From positions 4,188,784 to 4,252,783 of the forward strand of contig NC_052165.1 of assembly GCF_902713615.1 (NCBI RefSeq): a stretch of DNA of 64,000 bases, in the 5' to 3' direction. The notes below the pieces were generated by a model. That model worked only from the letters and a program-made list of their open reading frames with translations, made no database searches and was not told the DNA's origin. Origin of the DNA: Scyliorhinus canicula. Lineage: Eukaryota. Below, in pieces: positions 51,785 through 63,320 of this stretch (position 1 is the first letter of the stretch; every line of letters starts with the position of its first letter). The translations under genes were made by a program, and so were the position numbers.

Positions 51785-53431
51785 CTGTTCACCCATTAAA
51801 CCCTGTGCTTGCTGACTTACATTGACTCTCAGTTAAACTGCACTCTTAAAATTCTATCATCGTTTTCAACCTTGATCTTTGTTATCCCTAATGTCCGCCA
51901 GCTGTACACCTCTCAGATATCTGTGCTTTTTTTGGGGGCCTTGTCATTCAAGGTGGCCACTGTTAAATTTGGGTAGCTGGAGATTCAAGTGGCACATGAT
52001 TGGGTAACCATGCACAAGTGGAATTTGATGGGCTTGATAGAGGGGTTATATTGCTTGTTTCATCACACTGAGAATGTTAATTTTATGAAGTTCCTTGGCG
52101 GTCTATTAGAATGCCTGGTTATCTTCATAGTTATTTTTGGAGTTATACTGCCCCTGGTAAAAGTGATCTGTTGAAGCTGGTCACACATCTCTTGCTTTGA
52201 TGTGCTCACAAATTTGCATTGGTCTGAATTAATTCTGAGCAATAGTGTTATTTTCATATCTGTCAATTTCAAAACACTATGTCAGGGCAAAAGTAATTAT
52301 GCCTCTGTCCTGTCAACTACTTTAGTTTATTAATTTAATGGTGTGTTCTATTGTATATCTTTACTCATGTAATCTATCAAAACTTAATTTTCTTAATAAC
52401 TTTCCATTAAATAGAAACAAACATTCCAATCTTACACCTGCCAGTGGCAGTGTGAGTGATTGCCACGGACCCACAATCCGGGGAGACACGACTGATCTGG
52501 CATTGGCCCAAGCTATCAGAGAAAGCCAGTATATGTATTGTATGCAATATTGGGACAAGGATCAGAAATTATTATTGTAGAACAGACCTTTAAAGAAAAT
52601 CAAATTCAGATTTTAAAACATCAGTTTGCTGAAAGTAAAAAGGTGGCTCTTGAATATCTTATGTCATTCACTTTATGACCAACACGATGAAAGCTTATTT
52701 GACCAAAAGATGTTATAATAATACATGTTCAAGTATCCAGCCCAATTTATGTGCAGTCCATAGGTTATGAGTATGAACATTTTAGCTGCTAGACAATAAT
52801 TCCATGAATGCAAAGTAAGTACCACAGCAGTCCAATGAAAAACTAAACTAAGATCTGCAGAAAAATGCTTACTGACATTATGTATATATTCACCGTTTCA
52901 CAGGGTTACCATTACTATATTGCTTCACTAGTCATTGGTTAGTGTATTCTGATAGCATGTTCTTAAACAAAATAAATAATATTTGCATTGCAATTTACAC
53001 ACAGCAACAGTTGAACAACATAAATGTTACTCAAATGTTTATTGATTACATTTTGGCAAACACCACCTGGTATGAGTAACATTCAAAATACCATGAAATT
53101 CAATGACATGTCCACGATATTGAACTGCAGAGCAGTTTTTCTGGTTGAAGCACCCACTTTGCACTTGGTGCAGTCATTTAAAGAAATGTCATAACTTATT
53201 TTAAATAGCTGATGCAATCACAGTGGAGTTTAGGATTGTGTGTAGTATATGGCCTCTTACAAACTAGTCATTACTTTTAAAACTAGCTTTTAAAATTACA
53301 GTTCGATGCTATGATGGAAGAATTGAATTGGGATGATTTTCAGTAGGTTTAGTGGCCTTCTCATCTTTTATGATTTCATGTATAAGTCTCTTATTTCTAA
53401 TGGTGCAATGGAGCCATCAAATGAAGATTAA

Positions 53432-54676
53432 TTACACAAATGTATTTGGAGGGTTTGAATTTATAGGCCATGCAAGCTTTTTCTCTCTTGCTTCTCTGTC
53501 AAATGTTTCATATATTGTATCTTTGGTAATGGTTTTTGTGGGTGCAGGGATCTCTGTGATCCCAACATAATTGTTTTTTGCCATCCTGGAACTAGTAGTG
53601 ATGGTGTATGCATTGCTACGGTAACATTTCATTGATGACATGCAGAAAGTCTCCTTCATTCCACGCCTGAAATTTGCATTAAAGATTGAATAGAGGCTGG
53701 GTTTAGATGCTGAAGAGCTGAAAGACACCAGTGCAATAGATAGAAAAAGTGCCGAACACGTTGTGTAATCGATCTGATCTGGTTGCCAGATCTGAACCAC
53801 ATAAAAAGGAAACCAAGACAACAAAAACATGCCATTTAATATCAAAAACATCTTGATTGTTTTAACCTTGGTTCTGGGTACAATGTTCATTGTCCTCCTC
53901 ACAGTCCTGCCATCTGTACCAATTCTCCAAATGTACTTGATGACCTTTTGGTAAAAGAGTATGATGAGGACAGATGGAACCAGAAATCCCACCAACAGAT
54001 GAACAGTTCCATAGACAACGCCACTCCAAGACTGGGGCAGAAACAAATTACAGGTGCCACCTTCTGTGCCATACAAAAACAAAGTGGGGGACACAAACGC
54101 AGCATCAAAGATCCAGGAAGCGGCAATCATCTTTTTGGCTTTCTCCCTGGACACTTTGAAACTCAAAGGATACACGATAGTGTAAAATCTGTCCACGCAG
54201 ATGGAGAGAAGGACATAGATCTGGACTCCAGGAGTGAGGTATTGAATATACCGAACCAGTTTACACATGACATCTCCCAACATCCACCTCCCTGTGGTAA
54301 AATGTAGAAGGACAAAGGGAGTGCTGGCCACACTGATGAGCAGATCTGCACACGCCATTGACACCACAAAGTAGTTGGTGGTCGATTGTGTCCTCCTACT
54401 CCTGTGGATCACAAGGCAAACCAGCGAGTTGCCAAGCAATGCAACTAGCCACATCACACCAAAAATGACGCTGACAGCAACGATTTCCCCTGTCGTGACC
54501 TCCTGATATGTAGTGTTATATATTTTTGTCCGAACCTGTCCATTGAGTTCAAACTGCTCTCCACTACCGTCAGATGGTGTGTTTAATATTTCACTGGAAT
54601 TAGCTGAAGTTGTAGCCATTGGGATTATAATGGAGGGTGTCATATTTGGAATTTCTTCGGCTAACACCATATTCAT
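53432..54676 (-). CDS. GPR19: G protein-coupled receptor 19 (class A, 7TM), single coding exon; start at 54676 or 54670
   Basis: 414-aa ORF with GNSLVCLVIHRSRRTQSTTNYFVVSMACADLL, DRFYTIVYPLSF, SSSASKPSLY and C-terminal WPINSNPPNTFV, recognisable as GPR19; acceptor TCTTTGTCTTCAG ends at 54696. Confidence 0.98.
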   Translation of the reverse strand: MNMVLAEEIPNMTPSIIIPMATTSANSSEILNTPSDGSGEQFELNGQVRTKIYNTTYQEVTTGEIVAVSVIFGVMWLVALLGNSLVCLVIHRSRRTQSTTNYFVVSMACADLLISVASTPFVLLHFTTGRWMLGDVMCKLVRYIQYLTPGVQIYVLLSICVDRFYTIVYPLSFKVSREKAKKMIAASWIFDAAFVSPTLFLYGTEGGTCNLFLPQSWSGVVYGTVHLLVGFLVPSVLIILFYQKVIKYIWRIGTDGRTVRRTMNIVPRTKVKTIKMFLILNGMFLLSWFPFYVVQIWQPDQIDYTTCSALFLSIALVSFSSSASKPSLYSIFNANFRRGMKETFCMSSMKCYRSNAYTITTSSRMAKNNYVGITEIPAPTKTITKDTIYETFDREAREKKLAWPINSNPPNTFV

Positions 54677-55039
54677 GTTTTGAACAAGACAACTTCTGAA
54701 GACAAAGATCAGAACAGTTATGTTACATTAGAACAATTAAAAAGCTTTACATTTGACATCAAAATATCTTTAATAATGCATTTCTAAAAGCAACAGTTTG
54801 AATTGAACAAATACCCTTACTTACATTAAAATCATAAAGAAGCAATTATTAATTTTTCACCAGATCATTGATGCCACAAAGAAACTTCAAGCAATAAACT
54901 GGGTTAGTGTTGAACAGAATTTGTGAATGCTTAGTGTAAGTATCAAATATTCTCAAGCCAATGATGCTTCCTGTATTCTGGAACATAAACGGGTTTGACA
55001 GGGTCCATCCTGCATTGGCAATGTTTGTGTTCTCGAGTG

Positions 55040-55256
55040 TCAGCCATGGCTCCCTTGGTAGCACTTCTGCATCACCAGATTCCAGGTTCAAGTCCTATTC
55101 CAATGCTTGGGCACAAACATCAAGACTAAAAGGACAGTAGAGTGCTGCACTATCAGGGGTGCAGTCTTTCAGATGTAACCTTAAACTGAGGCCCTATCTG
55201 CCTTGTGTAGATATAAAAGATCCCATAGAGCTGGTTCAAAGAAGATCAGGGGAGTT
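55040..55256 (+). mobile_element. Old Deu-domain SINE (SacSINE/AmnSINE-like)
   Basis: tRNA-like head with GGTTCAAGTCC, then GAGTGCTGCACT..GGTGCAGTCTTTCAGATG..TTAAACTGAGG..AAAAGATCCCAT, resembling the Deu domain as recalled. Confidence 0.5.
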
Positions 55257-57094
55257 ATTTAAAAGTATTTCATTAGCAGTAAAGTGCTTTGTGACCTTGT
55301 GTGGTTGTGACAAGCACTATATATAAAAGAACTCTTTATTTCAATTAGATTAGAACGCTTGCTACTGCTTATTATTGGTAATTTAATATTGTTGAATAAT
55401 TGGCCACTGTTAGTGGGTAGTTTTATCCCCTTACTCTTGGCTGTTTTGACAATATGCCAATATATTAGGTCAATCTGAAAAGATGATGAAATTACAGGTA
55501 CAATACCAATCTGTCTCCTGTATCCCACACATGGATGAGGCATTGACAGACATAAATTAGATTCACATCTCCCACACTGTTTCCCTGCACAGAGGCCTTT
55601 CCATATATCTCCCGATGCTTCCTTACCTGCATTCAGAGGGATGTTACATTTTGATGTTACTAAATGTACTACGGACTACTGTATTAGCTAATATCATAAA
55701 TATGAAAACTGAGATTTGCAGCATTCCCAAATGGCCCATTTGGCCTTGAGATCCTTTCTAAATGTGGCTTTGGATTATCTTGTAACGAGCCGGCCGCAGT
55801 TTGGAAGCTAATCCAATATGAGATTATTTTCTGGAGATGGTTTTATGGTCACTTTGAAGTGACTTTATATGTGAAATACATCACATGCTTTGCATTTATG
55901 CCAAACCTCAACATAAAATTTGCAATGCAATTGATCCACCAGACATTGTAAGCATCAAAATATAAATATATTCAGGGGTGAGAAAACGGGTATCATTGCT
56001 CATTGTGCAGCCGCTATAGTTATATTACGCCATCAATTGACCGGTAGAAGGAGACCAAAGTTAAACTGCAGTCGGTGACTCATTCTCCACAGCAGCAAAG
56101 TGGATACAGGTTTATATATGTCAGCTGAAATCATTCTCCAGTGACTTTTCATTTTTAGAAGAAGACATTAAAATTTAAATACATAAAATGCCGGGGAGAT
56201 TCAACAGACAAATGACATCCCAATAGATTTAAACTCCACTCAGTATAGAATTCAAGCAGTCTCCTGGGGCACAGAGTGGGACCTGGTCTTGCATCAGCGT
56301 AACAGTGACAGTATAAATAGAGTCTTGTACAAAAGGTGGACAGGTACAAAATACCTGGCTATAAATGTGGTTATGTTGCCATTCTTGTGTGACTCACAAA
56401 TGTTCTGTTTCTCAAAGTAGAACTGACAACTTCAGAATCCGGACAATAACATTGGAACTCAAAAGTTTCGAACATTACTCTATCACATTTCCCCGTATTG
56501 CATTTGTTCTCATTCTCCAAGTTTCCATGATTCTTTTTGATTTTTTTCGCATTCCACTCCACAATCCAAAACTGACATACCACAATATTTGAAATTAATT
56601 CTGTGCTGTCACACTTCACCATCAACCTCACCAATTCTACTCATCGGGATCACAAGGGGGAAATGATTAATCAAATGCTTCATATTAAACAATGTAACAT
56701 GTCAGGGGTAATCATCTTGTATATTGGTCCAAGAATTTTCCAAGCAATTATATTGGCGTAGTCTTAGATGATTAAGCAGTTGATGGCACAAAATTTATAC
56801 CAGCATTGTTTTGGATAAATTGGTGTTACATGAAATAACCAAATTGTTTGTAATGAAAAAAATCTGAAGATTCTCTGCAGATAATGACCCCAGTAAACTG
56901 CAGCGTCAGAAGACATGAATGTGAATGACCAATCCAATTGGACTCTGGTAAACGCTAGGACATTTTGTACTTAATTCCACAGGTATTTGATAAAATTGTG
57001 CAGCAAAAAGCCTAAGTACAAAGTAATGGGGGTTTGATGGAATGGACAATAAATTATCTGACAGAGAAAAGAATAAGGTGCTCTGACCAAGTGG

Positions 57095-57126
<32 letters not shown>

Positions 57127-57129
57127 CCG

Positions 57130-58180
57130 GAACTAACTAGGGGGCATAGTTTGAGAATAAGGGGTAAACCTTTTAGGACTGAGGTGAGGAGAAATTTCTT
57201 CACCCAGAGAGTGGTGAATCTGTGGAATTCGCTACCACAGAAAGTAGTTGAGGCCAAAACTTGGGGCACGATTCTCCGCAAATGCGGCGAGTCGTAAAGG
57301 CTGCCGTGAAACTGGCCGTGTTTCACGGCAGCCTCCGCGCCCCCTCCCGGGACCCGATTCTCCCCCCTGGGCGGGGCTAGCAGCGGGGCCCCGTGAAGCA
57401 CGGCATCACGGCCTTAGCGACCGTCACTAAGTCCGCACGCCAAGTGTCACGACGGCTGACGCGCATGGTGATGTAGGGCCGCGCATGCGTGGGTTGGACG
57501 GCTCCAACCCGCGCATGCGCGGATGGCGTCATCACGCAGACGCGTCAAACCCGCGCATGCGCGGGCCGTCATGCCCCTCAGCCGCCCCGCGGACTGATCC
57601 TACGGGGCGGCAGAAGAACAAATAGTGCGTGGGTATCAGACCTGCTGCCCGCGATCGGTGCCCACCGATCGCAGGCCCATGCCACCCTTGGCACAGCTGT
57701 GGTGCTGCCGTGCCAATCGGTGCCATGGTTGTCCGGGACGGCACTTTGTGGCCGTTTTCACGAACGCTGAAAGCCGGTGTGATCGCGGCCGTGAAAACGG
57801 CCATAAACTCCGCGGTATTCGGCCCATCAGCTTGCGGAGAATCGCTGTTCGCCGTAAAAAACGGCGAGCAGCGATTCATGTCGGGGGGCGGCCGGAGGTG
57901 GGGGGGGGGGGGGGGGAGAATAGCGGGAGGCCGTGAAAATTGTCGGGAAGGCCCTCCCGCTATTCTCCGACCCGTCGTGGGCAGCGGAGAATCGCGCCCA
58001 TTGTGTCATTTCAAGAAGAAATTAGATACAGCTCTCAGGGCTAAAGGGATCAGGGATATGGGGGGAAGGCGGGATCGGGGTTCTGAACTTGATGAATAGC
58101 CATGATTATAATGAATGGCGAAGCAGGCTCGGAGGGCCGAATGGACTCCTCCTGTTCTATTTTCTATGTATGTTTCTATG
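57130..58180 (+). mobile_element. CR1 3' fragment interrupted by a MITE
   Basis: RGHSLRIRGKPFRTEVRRNFFTQRVVNLWNSLPQKVVEAKT continues after 58000 as LCHFKKKLD; TTCTATG tail. Confidence 0.8.
57264..57999. mobile_element. Non-autonomous TIR element (MITE; possibly Harbinger-type)
   Basis: TIRs GGGCACGATTCTCCGC / GCGGAGAATCGCGCCC (15/16), CpG-rich, several internal hairpins, no transposase. Confidence 0.75.
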
Positions 58181-59398
58181 TATTATTGCAGAGGAAGCAC
58201 TGAATGGTCACTCTCGGATTCGATGCAGAAACAACCATGGTGCCAATGACAACGCGAGGTGTCCACCTTCCAAATATCAGCAAACGAGGTGGGTAGTGGA
58301 ATCCGAAGAGGCAGCTTCAAAAACACAGAATGGATTAAACAAAATAGCAGCGCGGGTCCATGAACGGTAATTTCACCCTGACGAGAATATAATGTATTGT
58401 TCATAGGGAGGAAACCGGAGCCACACAATTATAATGGAAATAGCTAAAGGATGCAATTGAAACAAACCGAGGAATCTTAGTGGATTCCGGGCTCCAGTTG
58501 GTCAACAGATACAAAGAAGCTGATTAATAAAGAATGTGTGAGAGTCACATCAGCCGGATCTCAGTCATGGTGGATTGGTGGAGTTCTATGGTCAGACCAA
58601 ACCTTGACAACTAGGTCCAGTTGTGGTTGCCAAGAAACAAAGTGGGCAATAAATCTCAGGAGCTGATGCGGAAGACATCAAAGGCTCCAGTGATAAGCAA
58701 AACAGTGAGAAATTTGAGCTCTTCGATCTGCAAAGGGGTTTGACCTTGGAATGGACTCCTTGTTGATCTGGCAGTAAATGGTGCAGGAAGGGTTACCTAT
58801 GATAGTACTGCACACCGTGAGATCACAGGCTCAAACCGATAGCTCCGGTACTGACAGCGGTGAGTTCAATGAAAAACACTTGGAATGAAATTCGGACAGA
58901 AGACTGGAGGCTAAAACCCTGAAATGACCAATCCACCTGGAAGCGGCGGGGCACAGATGGGCATCTCGATAGATAAATTCAGACAGGTCGAATGGTAATG
59001 ACATTTATTCGTAGACACTTTGTGATGAAGTGGTCTGAGGAAATCACCCCCAATTTTCACCCAACATTGAAGTTACAAATCTGAGTATTGGGACAATGGG
59101 CCGCAGGTTAATGTTAAAGCTGTCGGGCAGTAGCTACACAGTTCATTTATGATTGCAATACTGTTATTTATATTTAATGAAACATTGCATTATTGAAAAG
59201 AGTATACATCGGAAGAGAAGTATTGTATTGTGGTAATTCTAAATCCTAGTATAATGGCTCAGAATAAATCATTGGCAACCAGATCTAAAAATATATGTAG
59301 AGAAAAACAGTTTGCGTTTAGCGTATAACTCTACAAGAGTCCAGTGCAAAGGTAAAACTCCCGGATACAAATACATTCCGTTTTATTAATTCTCTCAC

Positions 59399-59555
59399 CT
59401 GGTAAATTGACAAGATCTCCAATTTTCCAATTGAGTTTTTGACGATTTAAAGTTCCAGTTTTAATTTGGGGTCGAGGTTTTTGCATCTGACGCCACAGGA
59501 TCATTGCAAACTCATAATGCAAGTTCTCCGCTTTTTCCCTTTGCTGGTTCGGCCT
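59399..59555 (-). other. GPR19: Candidate GPR19 5' leader exon (157 nt)
   Basis: On - strand: branch-like CTGAC, TTGTTTCCAG acceptor, CAG|GTGAGA donor; unique sequence upstream of the coding exon. Confidence 0.55.
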
Positions 59556-59847
59556 CTGGAAACAATTGGTATCGGTCAGGAATACCACATTAACAAATAA
59601 ACCCGAACACGGTCTCTCCTGCCAAGGCTAAACCGCCCGGAGTTCACATTTAACTCTTAAAATCCTGCTTGTGACACAGAAGAGACGGACCTGGCTACTA
59701 GAATCCAGGGCTTGCCGAGGGAAAGACTGTTTCTTCTGCTGTTTGGAATTACAACTCGGACATCACATTCTCCTCCTGGCCAAAAACCCCGATCGATTGA
59801 GATTTTGGCAAAATAATTGGTGGATCAAATCTCGCCATGTAACTGAT

Positions 59848-60835
59848 CTCTGATCAAACCTAACCATGTAACCTCTGATCAAACCTAACCATGTAACCTC
59901 TGATCAAACCTGTCTAACCTCGGATCAAACCTGTCTAACCTCTGATCAAACCTAACCACCTAACCTCTGATCAAACCTGTCGAACCTCTGATCAAACCTA
60001 ACCATGTAACCTCTGATCAAACCTGTCTAACCTCTGATCAAACCTGTCTAACCTCTGATCAAACCTAACCACCTAACCTCTGATCAAACCTGTCTAACCT
60101 CTGATCAAACCTCACCATCTAACCTCTGATCTAACCTAACCATGTAACCTCTGATCAAACCTCACCATCTAACCTCTGATCTAACCTAACCATGTAACCT
60201 CTGATCAAACCTAACCATGTAACCTCTGATCAAACCTGTCTAACCTCTGATCAAACCTAACCATGTAACCTCTGATCAAACCTAACCACCTAACCTCTGA
60301 TCAAACCTGTCTAACCTCTGATCAAACCTAACCATGTAACCTCTGATCAAACCTAACCACCTAACCTCTGATCAAACCTAACCATGTAACCTCTGATCAA
60401 ACCTGTCTAACCTCTGATCAAACCTAACCATGTAACCTCTGATCAAACCTGTCTAACCTCTGATCAAACCTAACCATCTAACCTCTGATCAAACCTGTCT
60501 AACCTCTGATCAAACCTAACCATTTAACCTCTGATCAAACCTGTCTAACCTCTGATCAAACATGTCTAACCTCTGATCAAACCTAACCATCTAACCTCTG
60601 ATCAAACATGTCTAACCTGTGATCAAACCTGTCTAACCTCTGATCAAACCTGCCTAACCTCTGATCAAACCTGTGTAACCTCTGATCAAACCTAACCATC
60701 TAACCTCTGATCAAACATGTCTAACCTGTGATCAAACCTAACCATCTAACCTCTGATCAAAGCTCACCATCTAACCTCTGATCTAACCTAGCCATGTAAC
60801 CTCTGATCTAACCTAACTGTCCAACCTCTGATCTA
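59848..60835. repeat. Composite minisatellite of 25-bp (CTCTGATCAAACCTAACCATGTAAC) and 21-bp (CTCTGATCAAACCTGTCTAAC) units
   Basis: Direct tandem units, irregularly alternating. Confidence 0.95.
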
Positions 60836-61124
60836 CACCACCATTTGAAGTCATTCTAATAAGAAGATGTCAAAATTTCTTCCGAACCGATTGCAGTATT
60901 GCAGATGGCCAGAAAGACCCCTCCTGTCTATAGCCTTTTTGTGAATTCGGTGCGAGGTGAAATACCCGCTTTAGTCAGAAGCCGCCCTCATTCCCACCAC
61001 AATTTCAAAAGGACTTAATGCAAAACCCCTCATTAATTTGACTGTTAAACCGGCTTCGCTCAGATTTCCCGTCCTCAGAGTGGTGTCAATATGCCAGGAC
61101 CCAGCTCTTTATAAAGCCCCATCC

Positions 61125-61495
61125 CCTCTCCCTGCGTACCTGCGCTGGGCACTGAGGCCAACTCTCCACCCCCCTTACCTGCGCTGGGCACTGAGGCCAA
61201 CTCTCCCCCCTCCCCCGCTTACCTGCTCTGGGCACTGAGGCTAACTCCCTAACCCCCTTACCCCCTCCCCCCTGCTTTCCTGCTCTGGGCACTGAGGCTA
61301 ACTCCCCCCCCCCCTCCTCCTGCTTACCTGCTCTGGGCACTGAGGCTAACTCTCTCCCCCCCCCTTACCCCCCCCCCCCCCCCCCGCTTTCCTGCTCTGG
61401 GCACTGAGGCTAACTCCCCCCCTCCCCCTGCTTACCTGCTCTGGGCACTGAGGCTAACTCTCCCCCCCCTTACCCCCTCCCCCCCTGCATACCTG
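61125..61495. repeat. Tandem repeat of about 8 units of 40-65 bp (CTTACCTGCTCTGGGCACTGAGGCTAACTC-Cn)
   Basis: Direct repeats; each unit reads CAG|GTAAG-like on the - strand. Confidence 0.9.
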
Positions 61496-61556
61496 TTCTG
61501 GGTCTCCCACGGGCTCAGGCTGCTATCCGCACCTCCCGGGATGGGTTTTCCCGGGA
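61493..61556 (-). other. GPR19: Candidate GPR19 5' leader exon (64 nt, or the end of a first exon)
   Basis: ATTTTGTTTCAG acceptor and CAG|GTATGC donor on - strand. Confidence 0.4.
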
Positions 61557-62599
61557 CTGAAACAAAATGTCGGTGGGGTCCTGGCCACGGTTCTGGTGTC
61601 TTTGCCTCTGGCGTAGAGACGGTCACGTGGAGGGGATGTCATGTGATCTTCTCCAAAATCCTTTAAAAAAATCATTTTTCAGATGTTACAAAAATGGGTT
61701 TTATGAAAAACAGACGGACAGGATTCCCTCCCACACAAACTTCCATGTCAGTGACATTGAAATGATGTCAGTGTCCTGCCCATTGCTCTGCTGATTGAGA
61801 GTTGGTGAATTCAGCACCGCGGAGAGCTCCCACCCCCCAGTCTCACTCCAGCCTCTCCAATAAAACATCCCTGAGGGCAAAAAGCTTTCCCAAAGCCAAT
61901 CCAACCGGGAGCAGCTCAGCTTTGTGGTTCTGTGCGCGGTGAATGTCTTCCTGAGGAGCTGTGACAATGACAGAGCTGGACACCGAGGATGCTGCGATCC
62001 TGAAATCTGTCCACAAGCCACTGGGAAGTTCCCGGGCGGACTCACAAGGGAAAGTTTAAATGCAGACCTGTCTCCTTGCTCATATTGGGGATGAGATACC
62101 CCGGGGTTTCGGGTCAGAGCAGGCAATGGTTAACCCTCAGCCAGTGAGAATGCTGTATGGAGGAGCTCACTCTGCCTGAATTAGCCTGGAATGACCACAG
62201 TCAGCACAGTGGGGCTGGCCACAGCTTTGTGGAACCCTGAATCCCTGAACGACGTGATGTCCACGCAAGTCTCTTATTTTCATTCCAACTGAGTTCTAAT
62301 CTCGCTGCCAAAGCAGGGCGGTTACCCTGCGGTAAAGTTGTCCAAATAGAGACGAACATGAAATAGTTCAGTCTGGTCAAAAATCATCAGTGAAATTCGA
62401 TCTTTATTCGAACTCTACAATGTGGTAAATCCTCAAACGGGCAACTGGTCCCATTGCTCCGTTAGCAATAAAGCTCGGAGTTCAGGGTTTGATCTGAATT
62501 CCCACCTGCATCAGGACATTGAGGTGGGTTCTCACTCCGGTCAGATCAAAGTGCACATTGGGGTTTGTCACCTGCTTCCCCACTGGTTCCAGTTTTATT

Positions 62600-62780
62600 A
62601 ACATTCGGGGATTTGAAGTATTTCCCGCATTAAGAACATTCGTGAAGCGGCGGACGTGTGACGTTTATAAAATAGACTAACTGTGAATTAAATCGAGTGT
62701 TCCTTGACTTCGACTGAGCCGCAATGACGTGTTTGTTGCCATGGTGTCAGCCCAATTCTGATGGTCACCATGGTAATTAT
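62600..62780 (-). promoter_or_regulatory. GPR19: Candidate GPR19 promoter
   Basis: Cluster of TTTGAA 62612, TTTCCCGC 62621, TGACGT 62659 and 62725, X-box-like 62735-62748 and 62764-62777, CCAAT 62752. Confidence 0.45.
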
Positions 62781-62984
62781 TGGGAATGGTGGGGGGGGGG
62801 GGGGGTGTAGGGACAGAATCAGCTGCTGCCCACCTCCAGCCTTCAGCAACATTCCTGTTCCTGATACAAATCCATTCATCATTTTAGTTATAATCCCCGC
62901 CCCCAGCACCACCGCCATTCTCAACCAGCTCCTACATCAGTGTGTGTGTGTGTTTGCATGATTGTGAACATTGCCATTTGAATA

Positions 62985-63320
62985 TCTCAATTCGGAGGAG
63001 GCCATTCGGCCCCTCGAACCTGCCCCGCCAGTCAATAGGATCATGAATGATCTGATTGTAACCTCCCGCCTGCCCCCCTATAATCTTTCACCCGCTTGTC
63101 GATCAAGAATCGATCCACCTTGGCCTGAAAAATGTCCCAAGATTCTGCTTCCTCCACCTTCTGAGGAAGGGTTCCAGAGACTGGCGACTCAAAGAGTAAA
63201 CACTCTCCCCCTCTCTGTTTTAAATGGGCAGGCAGACCCTTATTTTTAAAACAGTCACCCCCTAGGTCTCGATTCTCCCACAAGAGGAAATATCCTCTCC
63301 ACATGCACCCTGTCAATATC
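62985..63320 (-). mobile_element. CR1 3' fragment
   Basis: TLPQKVEEAESWDIFQAKVDRFLI peptide and tail GGGCCGAATGGCCTCC on - strand. Confidence 0.7.

Noticed and set aside
59848-60835. Telomere-like CCTAACC motifs
   Set aside because: Embedded in 21/25-bp units; not (TTAGGG)n arrays.
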